From Batkoa obscura (Eukaryota), in NCBI GenBank assembly GCA_030770535.1, contig JASVEC010000011.1, positions 744,001 through 808,000 on the forward strand: a stretch of 64,000 bases of DNA. Direction: 5' to 3'. Under the pieces are notes generated by a model. It did not search any database. It had not been told where the DNA came from and saw only the letters and a list, made by a program, of their open reading frames with translations. The position numbers and the translations under genes are program-made. Positions 1 to 13,065 of the stretch are shown here, piece after piece. Position 1 is the first letter of the stretch. The number at the start of each line of letters is the position of its first letter.

Positions 1-329
1 AAATATGAAGGGTAAGCTTATTATCATTTTTAGTTGTTTAGTTTTTATTAACTAATTTAAATAGCCAAGTTGATGTATACGATTATCAAAGCATTTGTTT
101 TAATGTTAAGGTTGAAAATAAAATGGAAACAGAAAGTTTCAAAGTAAATATAAACTTAAATCAAAATTATCCAAAGCAAGGATTAACGTTAAGTATTGAA
201 TCGGAGCCCAATGTTTTACTTCAACCTCAACCTAAGTCTGAAGATACTATTGATTCTTTTCTATTAAGAGTCTTAGATTTAATCGAACAATATATTTTAG
301 CAAAAATGTCTCAACATTTATACAAATAA
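1..329 (+). CDS. 3' end of an unknown spliced gene (partial)
   Basis: GTAAG..ATAG intron at ~12-64, then an open frame (QVDVYDYQSICF...NYPKQGLTL...HLYK*) to TAA at 329. The start lies outside the window. Confidence 0.55.
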
Positions 330-387
330 ATAAAATAATTTCAAAAATAATATACTTTATTTTATTTTATTCTTAACTGTTAACAAT

Positions 388-1764
388 TTAAGCACTAGTT
401 TTAAGTTTTAATAAAAGTTGATATTCTTAAAATTAAATTTACCTTTCTCTTTCTAAAAACCCAACTTGAGTTTTAGAATTGATAGCTTCTTCAGCTCTAG
501 TTTTAAGTTGATTTAAAGCTTCAAGGTTAGGGCCAACCTTTTCGAACACGAGCTCTAACTTAGCTAATTGTTCTTCAGCTTGGGCAGGGGTTGGAGTTTC
601 AGGTAAGAAATGATTAGCTTTCTAAAAAAAATAAATCAATTGTTGGGCAAACCATCTTAATATAAAACTTACTTCCGAAAGTTCTCTAATAGCCTTCTTA
701 ACTTTACGGATAGCTTTCTTTAAAGCTTCTTTATCCTTCTTTTCTTTAGCTGCTTTTTCTTTGGATTCAGCAATCACTTTTTCTTTAGCTTTCCTTTCTT
801 CTTCTTCTTGTTTAGCCTTAGCTTCTAAAGCTGCCTTTTCAGCTTGAGCTTTAGTTGGCTTCTTTTTAGCAGCACGTTTATCCTTATCTTCTTGTTTAAA
901 CTTGATAATACGAGGGTCAAGAGAGATAGCAGTATCAATTAATTTGAGGAATCTTTGACCATCTTCTTTCTTACGTTGAGCTCTTTCTTTTTTATTCTTT
1001 TGTTCAATGTATCTCTTGTTATCACGGTTATCACCATCAGCATCCTCTTTATCAAGATATTCAAATGAACGCCATGATTCCATGTTATAAAAAAAGTCAT
1101 AGAAGGCTTCTACTTGGTCACGAGGACTGTCGATATCACCTAATTCAGGTACTGGTTGTTTTTTGCTGAAACGTCCTTCTCTTTCGAAAACTGGGGTCCA
1201 AAGCTCAAAGAAGTCACCCTTGGTTTTAGAAGTTGGGAAGGTATCTGGATAAAACTCATCTACAGAGTCATATTGGCGTCTCTTTTCTTTATTCGTGAGG
1301 ATCTCATAAGCCTTTTGAATACATTTGAAAACACGATCATCATTAGTGTTACCGGAAGCAGCTTTCTTATCTGGGTGATGACGAAGAACTTTTTTATGGA
1401 AAGCTCTCTTGATTTGGTCGTCAGTGGCTTTATAACGGTATTTAGAAAGACCTAACAATTGGTAATGGTCTTGAGATTTCCAGTCTCTTGGGTCTAAGTT
1501 TTTCATATCGGCTGGTTCTTCTTCATCTTCAGAAAGATCTTCGTCATCACCTTGATCATTTCCATAGATTTCTTGTTGGATCTTTTCATCTTCAGAAAAA
1601 GTACGTTTGTGGAAACGACGACGGACAAAAGCTTGGAATTTAGGGCCAATTAATTCTAAGTTGCGTTGTTCAGTTTTGGTTAATCCATCTTTGATGCTAC
1701 CAGGTGTGGCGGCATTGAATGAAGCTGGTACTTTTGCTAATTTTAATGATAAGACGGTTGCCAT
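388..1764 (-). CDS. ZUO1: Zuotin, ribosome-associated J-domain co-chaperone (spliced)
   Basis: DPRDWKSQDHY...HHPDKK J domain, then the zuotin homology region (SWRSFEYLD, DPRI) and a charged C-terminus. Introns at ~672-622 and ~442-395 extend the frame beyond the ORF track. Confidence 0.93.
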
Positions 1765-1864
1765 TTTTTGATCAAAATCTCAAAGAAAAAAATAATTTAG
1801 ATTGCAGATAAATTAATAAAAATTATGGGAGTTAAAACATTAGCTTGTTTTGGATTGATTGATT

Positions 1865-2012
1865 TTAACCTTCTGAGTGTCAAGTTTTTCAAAAAAGCCT
1901 GTTTGATTTGGATCAGAATTTTTGATTAATTTATTGACTTTTGGAGTAAATTTTTATTTATCCAGGACTAAGTTATATGAGCTGAGCTCGTCAGTAGTAT
2001 CAAAGTGGTTAA
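1865..2012. mobile_element. ~145-bp TTAA-bounded piggyBac-like MITE, copy 1
   Basis: Bounded by TTAA-CC...GG-TTAA. Homologous, in inverted orientation, to 62216-62359 through the shared core ttggatcagaatttttgat. Confidence 0.6.
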
Positions 2013-4030
2013 ACCCAATTTATTGTAGAAGTTGCTACTTTTGAATGTAATTATAGTTTGCTAAAAAAGCTAGAAACCCAAACAAACGTAAACGCTTCTT
2101 TAATTTATTCTATTTGTTAATTTAAGACATCTTTTATTTATAGCTAATATTAAATATGGGTTAACTCATAACTAAGGGGCAATTTTTTCGAATTTGATTT
2201 ATTACAAGAGATATTAAGCATAAAACCAAGGAAATAAAGCGTATGTCTTTTTTTGTTGGAAGAACAATGATTTCTATACATTTTAAATACTTGAAAAATA
2301 GGAAAATAGTAATAAAATATACTTTTTAGTAGTTTATTTTTTATTTTTTAATCTTTACTGATTTCAAAAGTTTAAACCTAGTCAGGAATTTTTTTTTAAA
2401 TTTTGACCTGGTTTTCAAAGCTCAGCTAAATTTATATTTCAAAGTTTTTATATTCAGACTATTTAAATAAAAAAGCTTGATAACAAGGGTATTAACCTTT
2501 AAATAATGATAAGCGTCTTTTAGTCATTTATAATCCCAATTAATACTATATTATATATATTTTTCAGCATGTTTCTGATAAAGTTTTCAAGTAAAACCAA
2601 TTTTCAAATTGACCAGGTTTTTGGTTGAAGTTTTTTTTGAACTCAATGTCAACAGTATTATGATTTTGTTTTAATGAAAAAGAAATAAGGTTATCTGAAG
2701 AGAAATTGTAAAAGGAAAGGTCTTCAATTCTTAAATTAATTGTCATTGGGAAAGGTAAAGACATATATTCTGAGATAGAGTCTAGCATAGTAGCTTCGGT
2801 CGAATTCCTGTACTTAAGTTTCTGGATAATGAAAATCAGTTCATTAGTAAAAGAGTTATACAAGGGAAAGAATGAGAATTAAGAGAAAGAGTAGATTTAG
2901 AAAACATCTGTTCAGTGTGAGCAGCCATCAGAGTTAAGAGGACCGTACTACCCAAGCAAGTATAGGCAGTAAAAAAAACCATCAGCGAACTGACTTAGTT
3001 GGGTCAAAGTTAATCGGATATTTTTATCAGGGACAGAAGGGATATTAGTTAAATATCAAAATAAAAAAGTATCTGCTTTGTAACATTTATTTAAATGACA
3101 TAAGTTTGGCTGAAAACTGCTTTTATTTTTATTTCATTAAAAGCTCCACATTTAATACATGTAGCTGTTTTTTTGCCTCAATACTTCATAATTCTTCTCA
3201 ATTCAACAATACTTAAAATGGAAAAAATAATGAAGCGAAGACGTTCCTGTACATTATATGTTATTATTTTAACTTAAACTTGAAGCTCAAATCTTTTGCA
3301 TCATAAACCGCTTAATAGTCTAGAGCCTCAAGAGTCTTTTAAAAAAACTCAGTGCTCAAAGCTACTTAGCATCGATAAATATTACACCTTTAGTTAATAT
3401 ATGAATAGTTACTATAAATAGTAAATTGTATTATAAAAATTTGAAATAAGCGAGAAAGATGGAATAAAGAAGAGAGATAAAATATTACTAAACAAATTTA
3501 AAAAATAAATATAGGTAATACCGTTACTTTTAATAAAAAAAATAGGATAACAATTGAATTCCATACTACTAATTTAAATTAAAGTATAAAAGAAGATACT
3601 GCCAAGTTTTTTTAATAAAAATAAAGAATTTCATTTTTTTCCCATGACAAAGATATTCTATTCTGTTTATAAATTAGTGTAGTTGTTTAATTAATTTCAT
3701 TAAGTAATAGCATTTAAATATGACAAGGAAGTAGAACACATTGTAATAAAAACGAAGCTATAGAATATAATTTAATTAAAATAAGGAATTTTTAATAAAG
3801 TTACATTGGGGGATACGTTTTTATTGGATATATCCATAATAAACAATCTGAACTATTCTTTAGACTTATTTTTATTGAGTAATCAGATCATGTAAGTATA
3901 GGATTACAACATAGATATAACAAATACATACTTACTAAAAAAGTATAAAAGGCGTCTAAAATGTAGCAGTATATCTAAAAAACCTCAACAACAAATCTAT
4001 ATATACAGTAAACTATAATCCATATTAAAC

Positions 4031-5104
4031 ATGCTCTTAAGTTATAACAGTCCGGTCTTTATTGCCTTATTCTATGGCATATCATTAATCCACCAATGTC
4101 AAGCTTCCGTAAGTGGCCATAGCAGCGCTAACGCCATTACTAAAGGTACCACGTTACCATCAGGTAATACAAAATCCAGATCAAACGTCAATACTGATGG
4201 AAATACAGTTGAAGAAGACTACTTTAAGGACTTGATGGAAAACTTGAACTATTTAAAAGAAAATGTGAAACTGGAACCGCAGGAAGGCCCCACTTCACGT
4301 ACTTTTGAACCACCAACTCAACTAAAAGTGAGTGATATCCAAACCAGTAAATATTATGCTAGATTAGCTGGTGCTGCTTATTGTAATGATGCAAGTTTAA
4401 AGAGCTGGTCATGTTCGCATTGTAAAGAAACCCCGGTTCAGCATGTAGCCACTTATTTTGACAAGTCAACGGAAACTAAAGCTTATTTAGCTGTTGATAA
4501 AATCAAAAAAGCAATCACTTTGGGCTTCCGTGGAAGTTCAACATTAAAGAATTTTATCCAAGACGCCAAATATTTTAAGGATCCAATCGTATTCAATAAA
4601 AAACAATACAAAGTGCATCGCGGATTTAAACAATGTAGCGATCGATTATTACCAATGTATGTCGACAAGTTAAAAGGTTTATTGAATGAACACAAAGATT
4701 ACAAACTAGTTATCGTTGGTCATAGCTTAGGTGGTGCAATAGCTACATTAAGTACTTTAATCTTGAGACAAAAACTAGGCTTAAAGGACGATAGGCTTGC
4801 AGTTTTTACTTATGGTGAACCAAGAGTAGGTGATAAGGAATTTGCACGCTATTTAAATCAACAAACTTTTACTTTAACTCGAGTTGTTAACGGGAATGAT
4901 ATGGTTCCTCATCTACCTCCACAGATTAAATTGTTATCCGATTATTATCACCATCACAATGAGATCTGGGTAAACGGTGGTAAAGATGTCTATTGTAATG
5001 ATAACTATTTAGAAGATCCTAATTGTTCTGCTTCAAAATGGTATGCCCCTTCAGTGAATGATCACTTGAAAATTTGGGGTATCACATTAGGTGGTAAATG
5101 TTAA
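4031..5104 (+). CDS. Secreted class-3 triacylglycerol lipase, copy A (intact, intronless)
   Basis: Signal peptide and propeptide. Motifs FRGS, VHRGF, GHSLGG, TYGEPRVG, NDMVPHLPP and the C-terminal DHL give a complete Ser-Asp-His triad. Confidence 0.93.
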   Translation: MLLSYNSPVFIALFYGISLIHQCQASVSGHSSANAITKGTTLPSGNTKSRSNVNTDGNTVEEDYFKDLMENLNYLKENVKLEPQEGPTSRTFEPPTQLKVSDIQTSKYYARLAGAAYCNDASLKSWSCSHCKETPVQHVATYFDKSTETKAYLAVDKIKKAITLGFRGSSTLKNFIQDAKYFKDPIVFNKKQYKVHRGFKQCSDRLLPMYVDKLKGLLNEHKDYKLVIVGHSLGGAIATLSTLILRQKLGLKDDRLAVFTYGEPRVGDKEFARYLNQQTFTLTRVVNGNDMVPHLPPQIKLLSDYYHHHNEIWVNGGKDVYCNDNYLEDPNCSASKWYAPSVNDHLKIWGITLGGKC

Positions 5105-5920
5105 TTATATAATAAATAATAATAATATGTTAAGATAATAAAAGCTTATAAATTTTAGCTTTTTGCTTAATTTGTTTCCATTTAAATCAGATAGTAAAGT
5201 TATATAGTATATATCACCCAAAAGTGAGTGCATTGAAACATTTAATAACTGCAAAAAAATTACTCTAAGAAAACAAGACGAGTTAGTTGAAAATAAAGTA
5301 AATTAGGAGTATTTAGAGTTAGTTATTACATATATTTAGTTTTATCCATAGAATATTTTATTATAGTTTTTTAATATTTTTAAGATTTAAGAACATTTTC
5401 AACTTAGCTTTGGTTTAAAATGACCTTTTAAAAAATCACCAAATGAATCAATCCATTTCTTCCTAATAAAAAGCTGGACAACAATTGAATTATATATTGT
5501 TAGTTTAGTTTAAATACAACAAGACATGATGGTGCCAGGTTTTTCTAATAAAAAAGGATACTTGTTCTCTTAGTATTATGATATTGTATTCTGCTTTTAA
5601 ATTAGTAGAATTATTTAATTTCATTGAGTGATAGCATTTACATGATATGATAATAAGGTATATTGTAGTGAAAATAAAACTATAGGATGTAATTTAATTA
5701 AATTATAGTGGTTGTACAGTTTTATTAGATCCATATATGGTAACAATCTGAATATTCGCAAAGGGTATTTCTAATATGTAGTCAGATTACTTACATATAA
5801 ATTTTTGGTATAATTATAAGAAATATATAATTATTAGAATAGTATGAAATTCTATAAATTGTATTATTATACTTATTAAACGCCATTATTAAATCTAGAA
5901 GCCTACAATATATAGTATAA

Positions 5921-6990
5921 ATGCTTTAATTTATAACAGTCTAATCTTTATTGCTTTACCTTATAGTATATCATTAATGCAGAGTCAAACAGATGGAAGT
6001 AATCACAACACTTCTACTACTATCATTAGCAATGCCAGCATCCTATCGTTAAATAGATATAAATTCAACTTAAACATAAACGCCAATGTGAAACCAGTTG
6101 AAGACGCTTACTTTAAAGACTTGTTAGAAAATTTAAACTGTTAAAAAACACGCCGAATTAGAACCTTTGGAACAAAACAGACCACACATGTTTGAGATAT
6201 CAACCAAAGTAAAGGTAAGTGATTTTCAAGTTATTAAATATCATATTAGATTGGCTAGCGCTACTTACTATAGTGATATAAATTTAAGAAGCTGGTCCTG
6301 CTTTCGTTGCAAAGAAACCCTGGTCCAGCATGTAGCCACTTATTTTGACAAGTCAACGGAAACTAAAGCTTATTTAGCTGTTGATAAAATCAAAAAAGCA
6401 ATCACTTTGGGCTTCCGTGGAAGTTCAACATTAAAGAATTTTATCCAAGACGCCAAATATTTTAAGGATCCAATCGTATTCAATAAAAAACAATACAAAG
6501 TGCATCGCGGATTTAAACAATGTAGCGATCGATTATTACCAATGTATGTCGACAAGTTAAAAGGTTTATTGAATGAACACAAAGATTACAAACTAGTTAT
6601 CGTTGGTCATAGCTTAGGTGGTGCAATAGCTACATTAAGTACTTTAATCTTGAGACAAAAACTAGGCTTAAAGGACGATAGGCTTGCAGTTTTTACTTAT
6701 GGTGAACCAAGAGTAGGTGATAAGGAATTTGCACGCTATTTAAATCAACAAACTTTTACTTTAACTCGAGTTGTTAACGGGAATGATATGGTTCCTCATT
6801 TACCTCCACAGATTAAACTGATATCTAATCGTTATCATCATAGTAATCATATATAGGTAAATGACAAGAAAGATGCATATTTTAGAAGTAGCAATTTAGG
6901 AGACACTGATCGCTCTACATCAGAATGGCATACTTCTTTGGTAAATGGTCATTTATATACTTGGGGTATTAGATTAGGTAGTATATATCA
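5921..6990 (+). pseudogene. Class-3 lipase pseudogene, copy B
   Basis: ATG CTT TAA frameshift at the start, in-frame TAA at ~6142 and premature TAG at 6854-6856 before the catalytic His. Homology to copy A continues to ~6990. Confidence 0.88.
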
Positions 6991-7437
6991 ATTACAATAA
7001 AATAATTTTGATAAATTTATGCTTTAAACTTCTATTTAAGCCAAACGATAAATTTATAAAGTATCGGACATAATTGAGTACACATATACGTTTATTAATA
7101 GTCCCCAAAAAACTTAAATTCTATAGCAAATTCTTGTTATGTCTTTTTTGGTTTTGTTATCATGTCCATTTTAATTGCTATTGAGTCAAAAATTTGTATG
7201 TAAAATTCTTAAACAAAAAAAGATGTCAATATTTATCAAATTTAACTTATAATTTTTTTACAATAGTCATAAGCACTATAAAATCTATCATTTAAAAAAA
7301 CAAACCATATATAATATAAATGTACTTATTGTTTCTTGTTCTTAAGCCATTATTATTTGATACTTTAATTCTAATATGAGCAATTTGTAACAATAAAAAA
7401 TAAAATCTCAACACTAGATTGTAATATAAATATATTT

Positions 7438-8793
7438 TTAATTTGTAAAATCCCATTTAGTACAATCGGTACAATTAGATTTTGAGAAGCAATTAACATT
7501 TAAAGGTTTGGTATTATTCATCCACTGAACTAAAATGCTATCAATAACACCAGCAATAGTATGATGAAGTAATGTTTCAGACCATCCCAAATCCTTTTTA
7601 GTATCAAACACGCATTTGGTAGCTGTGTGGCATTTACTATCCATCCCATAACCAGCAATATAGCAAAGAGATAATGCACCATTACTAGAATAATAAGTAA
7701 AAAGTACGTTTTATATTAAAATTCAAACATTGACTTACCAAGTACCTAAAAATAGAGGATCTGCATTATTGCCAAAGTGAAAGATAGCTGGTTTTTGAGT
7801 TTTATTTAACTCTAGACCAAGTCTTCTAGCATAAAGACGCTCTGGTGGTGCTTCAAAAGTAACTGCAATCTGGTCATATTTTAATGCTACTAATGAAGCC
7901 AATGCTCCACCCAAAGAGTGACCTACCAAAATAAATTGGGCATTGGGGTATTTTTCTCTGGCTTCTTTATAAATTAGCTATTGTAAAAATAACTGTTAAC
8001 ATGAGCCCTATTTAAGAAACTTGAGACAATATTACCTCTGCACCATGGAAATATGTGGTATTTCTTTGAGCACCCTCATTTACACATTTGCTATCACATG
8101 TTTTATTATCTTTTGCACAGGAGCAAACTTTAGAAAAATCGAAATTAGTGACTCCACAACAACAAGAAAACATTAGGTTATCCGAGTCTCTATCTGATGG
8201 ACTAGTAGAACTATCACCACCTGGCAAATAAGGTGGTGAAGTACCTTTAAATGATATAACCATGTTTTTTTCTTCTTTATCTGAAAATATATACCCTCTT
8301 ATCTTCTTCTTTTTCCAGCCAAATGGTTGTTTCTTTTTATTTAATTAAATAAAATTCATAAAAATAAAGATAAGCTTACTACATCCCATTCCTTCCCAAT
8401 ATCTTCCCAAGGCTCATTAGGCAAGGTATCATAAGCATGAGCTGCCATTTTAGCTAAGATTAAAATACCTTCTTTTGATTCTAAGGTAATTTCATCGTCA
8501 TTGTTAATAAATATCTCATCCTTATCTTTATTGGCAACAAGTACTTTACTAAGGCTCTCTAAATTGAGTTTATAAGTTGGTGTGTAATCTTTATCCTTAT
8601 CCGCATCCCATTGTTGGATAGCTGAGTTCTTTTTATTGTCGACTTTAATTTGTGGTTCTGGGGACCCAAAATGAAATATGTGTTTCAGGTTTAATTCATC
8701 TGTTGGGGCCTTAAGCTGGAATCCGGTTTGCCGTTGTTGTTGGCAGTTGATGAAGGCAAGGAATAATAAATAGTGAAATGGTGAAAAATACAT
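7438..8793 (-). CDS. ATG15: Atg15-like autophagy/vacuolar lipase (4 exons)
   Basis: The ORF fragments join across GT-AG introns: LAKMAAHAY, VISFKGTS, DNLMFSCCC, GHSLGG, FEAPPE, FHFGNNADPLFLGTCNG..C..GYGMDSKCH, HHTI. These are Atg15-type motifs. Confidence 0.85.
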
Positions 8794-9783
8794 TACAAGT
8801 CAAGCTTGGTTTAAAAATACAAAAAAATCTAATGAAAGTTATAAAAAATTAATCTAAGACTAAAATTAAATTTAATTTCATTTTTTTATCTTATCTAATG
8901 GGGTGACTGTTAAAAATCCTATAAATTTTGCGATTTTGTGTAAATTTTGATAAAATTTAGTAAAATTATATCTCCAACAATTTATACCTCATTATGAAAT
9001 AATCTCCACTCTTATTCACCCTAAAATCGTCTCATAAAACCCCACCAATAATAGTCAATACAACTGCCAATGCTTTAGTAAAACAAAGCATTCAATTTAT
9101 TTAGATCAGTTGATCGTGAGAACAAAGAAGAAATGAAACTTTAAGGGGAGTTTAAAAATATTTGAAAATATACCAATGAGATAGTGCGATGTTCTAATTT
9201 GGTTGGTTAAAAAGGTCAGTTTCTAATTATTTTCTCTAAACTTAAAGTTGAATTTGAATTGAGTGATGTCACTGAATAAATGCAGCTGATCAAAGCTGTC
9301 AAAGTTGATGAAGAGTAGATATAGAATATTATTAGAGATATAAAATTAAAGCGGATACATGATGGAAAGACAATATAAGGATTTGTCTACACTAAAATGT
9401 ATTTTAAGGGCTATCTTTTACTTTAAGTCTTTGTTAAAAATTACAGTTGCTATTAGCTAATAGAAATAAAGTTGTAAAACATGGCTCCTATGTAACCTAA
9501 GTGATAATTTTTTATTTAACAAACATTAATCATATGACTTCCATCCATTACATTTATTATGTGTTTCAGGGCTAAGTTTCGAGAAAACGATAGTCACATT
9601 GTATAAGTAACCAATAACATTTTTCATTTTAAGAAAGTTTAAGTTTTATATTAAAAAAAGGTGTAAGGGTAATTAATAAAAGTTTATAATATAAACGACA
9701 GAAAAAAGTATAAATAAGAGAAAAAATCTAATGAAATTGACTTTATTTTACTTTATTTCTTTTAAGATCATTTTTGTATGAAT

Positions 9784-11578
9784 ATGCTTTCTAATTTTTT
9801 AAATGGTAATTCGGAGGTTAAAAAGTAAGTTTGTTTTGTACTCATATTAAATTATTACAACAAAGTTTACTTTTACACTATTAGAATTCTACTCCTTGGT
9901 TCGGGCTTTGTTGTACCACCATGTTTAGAATATTTGGCAAAAAATAAAAACAATCAAATAACTATGGGTAATTTAATTTTACTTACTATTCAAATCTTAA
10001 ACCAAATTTCTATTAGCCTCTTTAGACCTTGAACGTGCTTATGAGTTAGCAGCAAAAAGACCAAACATCAAAGTAACTTCTGTTGATGTTACGGATCACT
10101 CTAGTCTAGATGATTTGATCTCTAAACATGATATAGTTATTAGGTAATATTATTTTTATAAAAACATCAAAGTATTACTTATTAATTTAATAACTCCAGT
10201 TTAATCCCTTACATTTTTCATTGTAACGTCATCAAATCAGCGATAAAATTCCAAAAAGATGTAGTAACTACATCCTACATCTCAGATGAGATGGCTAAGT
10301 TTGATGAAAGGTAAACTTAATCTATAATCCATTAGTTTCTATTAATAATGGACTTCAGTGCTAAAAAGGCCAATGTTATGATCATGAACGAGATTGGACT
10401 TGATCCAGGAGTTGACCATTTATACGCCTTAAAAACAATTAATGAAGTACATGAAGAAGGAGGCAAAATCTTATCGTTTTTAAGTTATTGTGGTGGTTTA
10501 CCTGCACCCGAAGCTTCCGATAATCCCTTAGGTTATAAATTTTCATGGTCAAGTAGAGGTGTTTTGTTGGCTTTAAGAAATTCAGCTAAATTCCTTAAAG
10601 ATGGCGAGGTAAAATTAAAATTTAATCTAAAAATTAAAATTCTTAGCTTATTGTCAGGTAGTTGAAGTCAAAGGCAGCGAGTTGATGCATTCCGCTAAAA
10701 AAATTGATATTTTACCAGCTTTAGCAGTAGTTGGTTATGCCAATAGAGATTCTTCTGGATACCGTGAAAGATATAATATTCCAGAAGCTAAAGATGTTTT
10801 AAGAGGTACTTTAAGGTATGAAGGTTTTTGTGAATTTATTCAAGCTTTGGTGGATCTCGGATTTTTAAATGATGAACCACAATCTTACCTTGCAGATGAA
10901 TCTCCAGGTCTTAAATGGAAAGAAGTATTATTTAAGGTACTTGATATTGAAGAGGACGATGAAGAGTACGGCTTTATTCATTTTTTAAAAATAACTGCTA
11001 ATAAACTTATAGGACAGTAAAAATGGCCATTTTTAATAAAATTGGATGGGCTACCGAAGAAATCAAAGAAAAAATATTTAGTGGAATAAGATGGTAACTA
11101 ATAGACAATACTTTTATAAAACCACTAACGCCGAACTTTAGGCTAGGTCTCTATTCCGATGCACTATGTACTAAACGAGGAAGTAATTTATTGGATAGTT
11201 TGTGTGCTACTTTAGAAGAAAAGATGGCTTATGAAGAAGGGGAAAGGGATATGGTTCTTTTACAACATACTTTTGAAGTAGAGACAAAAGATAATTTAAA
11301 ACAGACACGCACCTCCACTCTTATTGAATATGGTGAGCAAAATGGTTTCACTGCTATGGCTAAACATGTTGGTATCCCTTGTGCGGTTGCTTGTCAGTTG
11401 ATTTTGGATGGTGAGTTTTTAATGGTTTTTTATGCTTTATTTAGTTATTAATGTTTTCATAGGGAAAATGAGAGTACCTGGTGTACATGCTCCTATCATT
11501 AAGGAGATTTATTTACCTTTATTGAAGGAATTGGAAGCTGAAGGTATCGTTTGTAAAGAAAAAATTATTGAGCATTAA
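9784..11578 (+). CDS. LYS9: Saccharopine dehydrogenase (NADP+, L-glutamate-forming), multi-exon
   Basis: ILLLGSGFV, SLIPY..H, MNEIGLDPGVDHLYA, SYCGGLPAPEASDNPLGYKFSWSSRG, RGTLRY, ERDMVLLQH, TAMAKHVG. About 7 short introns. Confidence 0.93.
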
Positions 11579-11979
11579 GTTTATCTTTTTAAATGTATTA
11601 AATTTAATTTTGGAAATTACAACTTTCTAAAAAAAATGATGTGTGCTAGGCTTTCTATTGCTTTTGTTTGTCTTATTTTAAAAAGCTTATTAATTTATGA
11701 GAGGAGTATATATATTTTTTAAAAGACTTTAAGTTTATGAAGCTTTTTTAAAAAATAAACAAAATAGAATAAGCTGCTATATATTAAAACAAAACATAAT
11801 CGAATTTGAATTACAATTGAAAATCATTTAGCATTAAAAAATATGGTATTATAAAATTAAAAACATGGTTGGTTTTTTCTAGTACTTTAATTTAATAAAT
11901 TAAATATGTACCCAACCTCGTCAAATATTATTGACTCTGATATTTGATTTAAATAAAGAGCTAAAAACTTAAAATTTTA

Positions 11980-13065
11980 TTAAATATGACTGATTGAAAT
12001 TAACATGCCACCCAATTTAATACCCCGAATATTCAAATGATCATCCACTGAAAGAGTATACCATTTTGAAGCGGAACAATTAGGATCTTCTAGGTAATTA
12101 TCATTACAATAAATATCTTTGTTTTCATTTGTCCAGATCTCGTGATGATAATAGTTGGATATCAATCTAAGCTGTGGAGGTAAATGAGGTACTATATCAT
12201 CACTATTAACAGCTCTAGTTAAAGTAAAAGTTTGTTGGTTTAAATAGCGCGCGAATTCTTCATCCCCAACCCTTGGCTGGCCGTAAGTGAAAACTTCTAA
12301 TCTATCATCCTTTAAGCCAAGGCTTTGTCTTAACATCAAAGCACTTGACACAGTTATTGCACCACCCAAACTATGGCCAACAATAACTAATTTGTAATCT
12401 TTATGTTTGTTCAATAATCCTTTTAATTTCTCAATATATAATAGTAATAAACTATCAGTACATTGTTTAAACCCACGATGGACTTTATATTCTTCTTTAT
12501 TCAGTACGATAGGGTCTTTAAAAGTTTTGGCATCTTAGATAAACTTTTTTAATGTTGAGCTTCCACGGAAAGACAACACCACTGCATTCTTATTTTTATC
12601 AACTGCCAAATAAGCTTTTGATTCGGTAGTTTTGTCATTATAAATAGCTACATGCTGAATTGGTGTTTCTTTACAATGTGAGAATGACCAGGCCTCTAAA
12701 TTTGTGTCATTACAGTAAGCGACACCAGCCAATCTAGAATAGTATTTACTAGTTTGGATGTCACTCACTTTTAATTGAGTTGTCATCTCAGACGCCCGCA
12801 AAGTAGCCTCCTCCTGTGGTTCCAATTTCACATTTTCTTTTAAATAGTTCAAATTTTCCACCAAATCTTTAAAATAGCTATCTTCAACTGAATTTCTGCT
12901 AATATTGATGCTTGGGTCAACTTTATTATTGTTTGGAGATAATACGTCAACATTAGTGATATCAGTAGTAGCACCATTGCGACCACTTCCAACTGTTCGA
13001 CATTGAGTTAATGATACTCTATAAAATAAAGCAATAATCGCTGGGCTATTGTAACTTAAGAGTGT
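11980..13065 (-). pseudogene. Class-3 lipase pseudogene, copy C
   Basis: ATG replaced by ACA at 13063-13065, in-frame TAA (from CAA) at 12535-12537, WSCSHC changed to WSFSHC, a short deletion in the HHHN motif and an altered C-terminus. Confidence 0.85.

Noticed and set aside
1156..1455. 99-aa ORF antisense to zuotin (also 4483-4695, 6370-6582, 38117-38359, 52667-53089)
   Set aside because: Antisense shadows of real genes, with no recognisable motifs.
2564..3010. 99-aa TTG-start ORF and a slightly GC-richer stretch
   Set aside because: No ATG in frame and no recognisable motif. It could be a decayed gene, but I cannot support that.
7438..8793. ATG15 lipase as a member of the secreted lipase expansion
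   Set aside because: It shares only the GHSLGG motif. It is intron-containing and from a distinct family, so adjacency may be coincidental.
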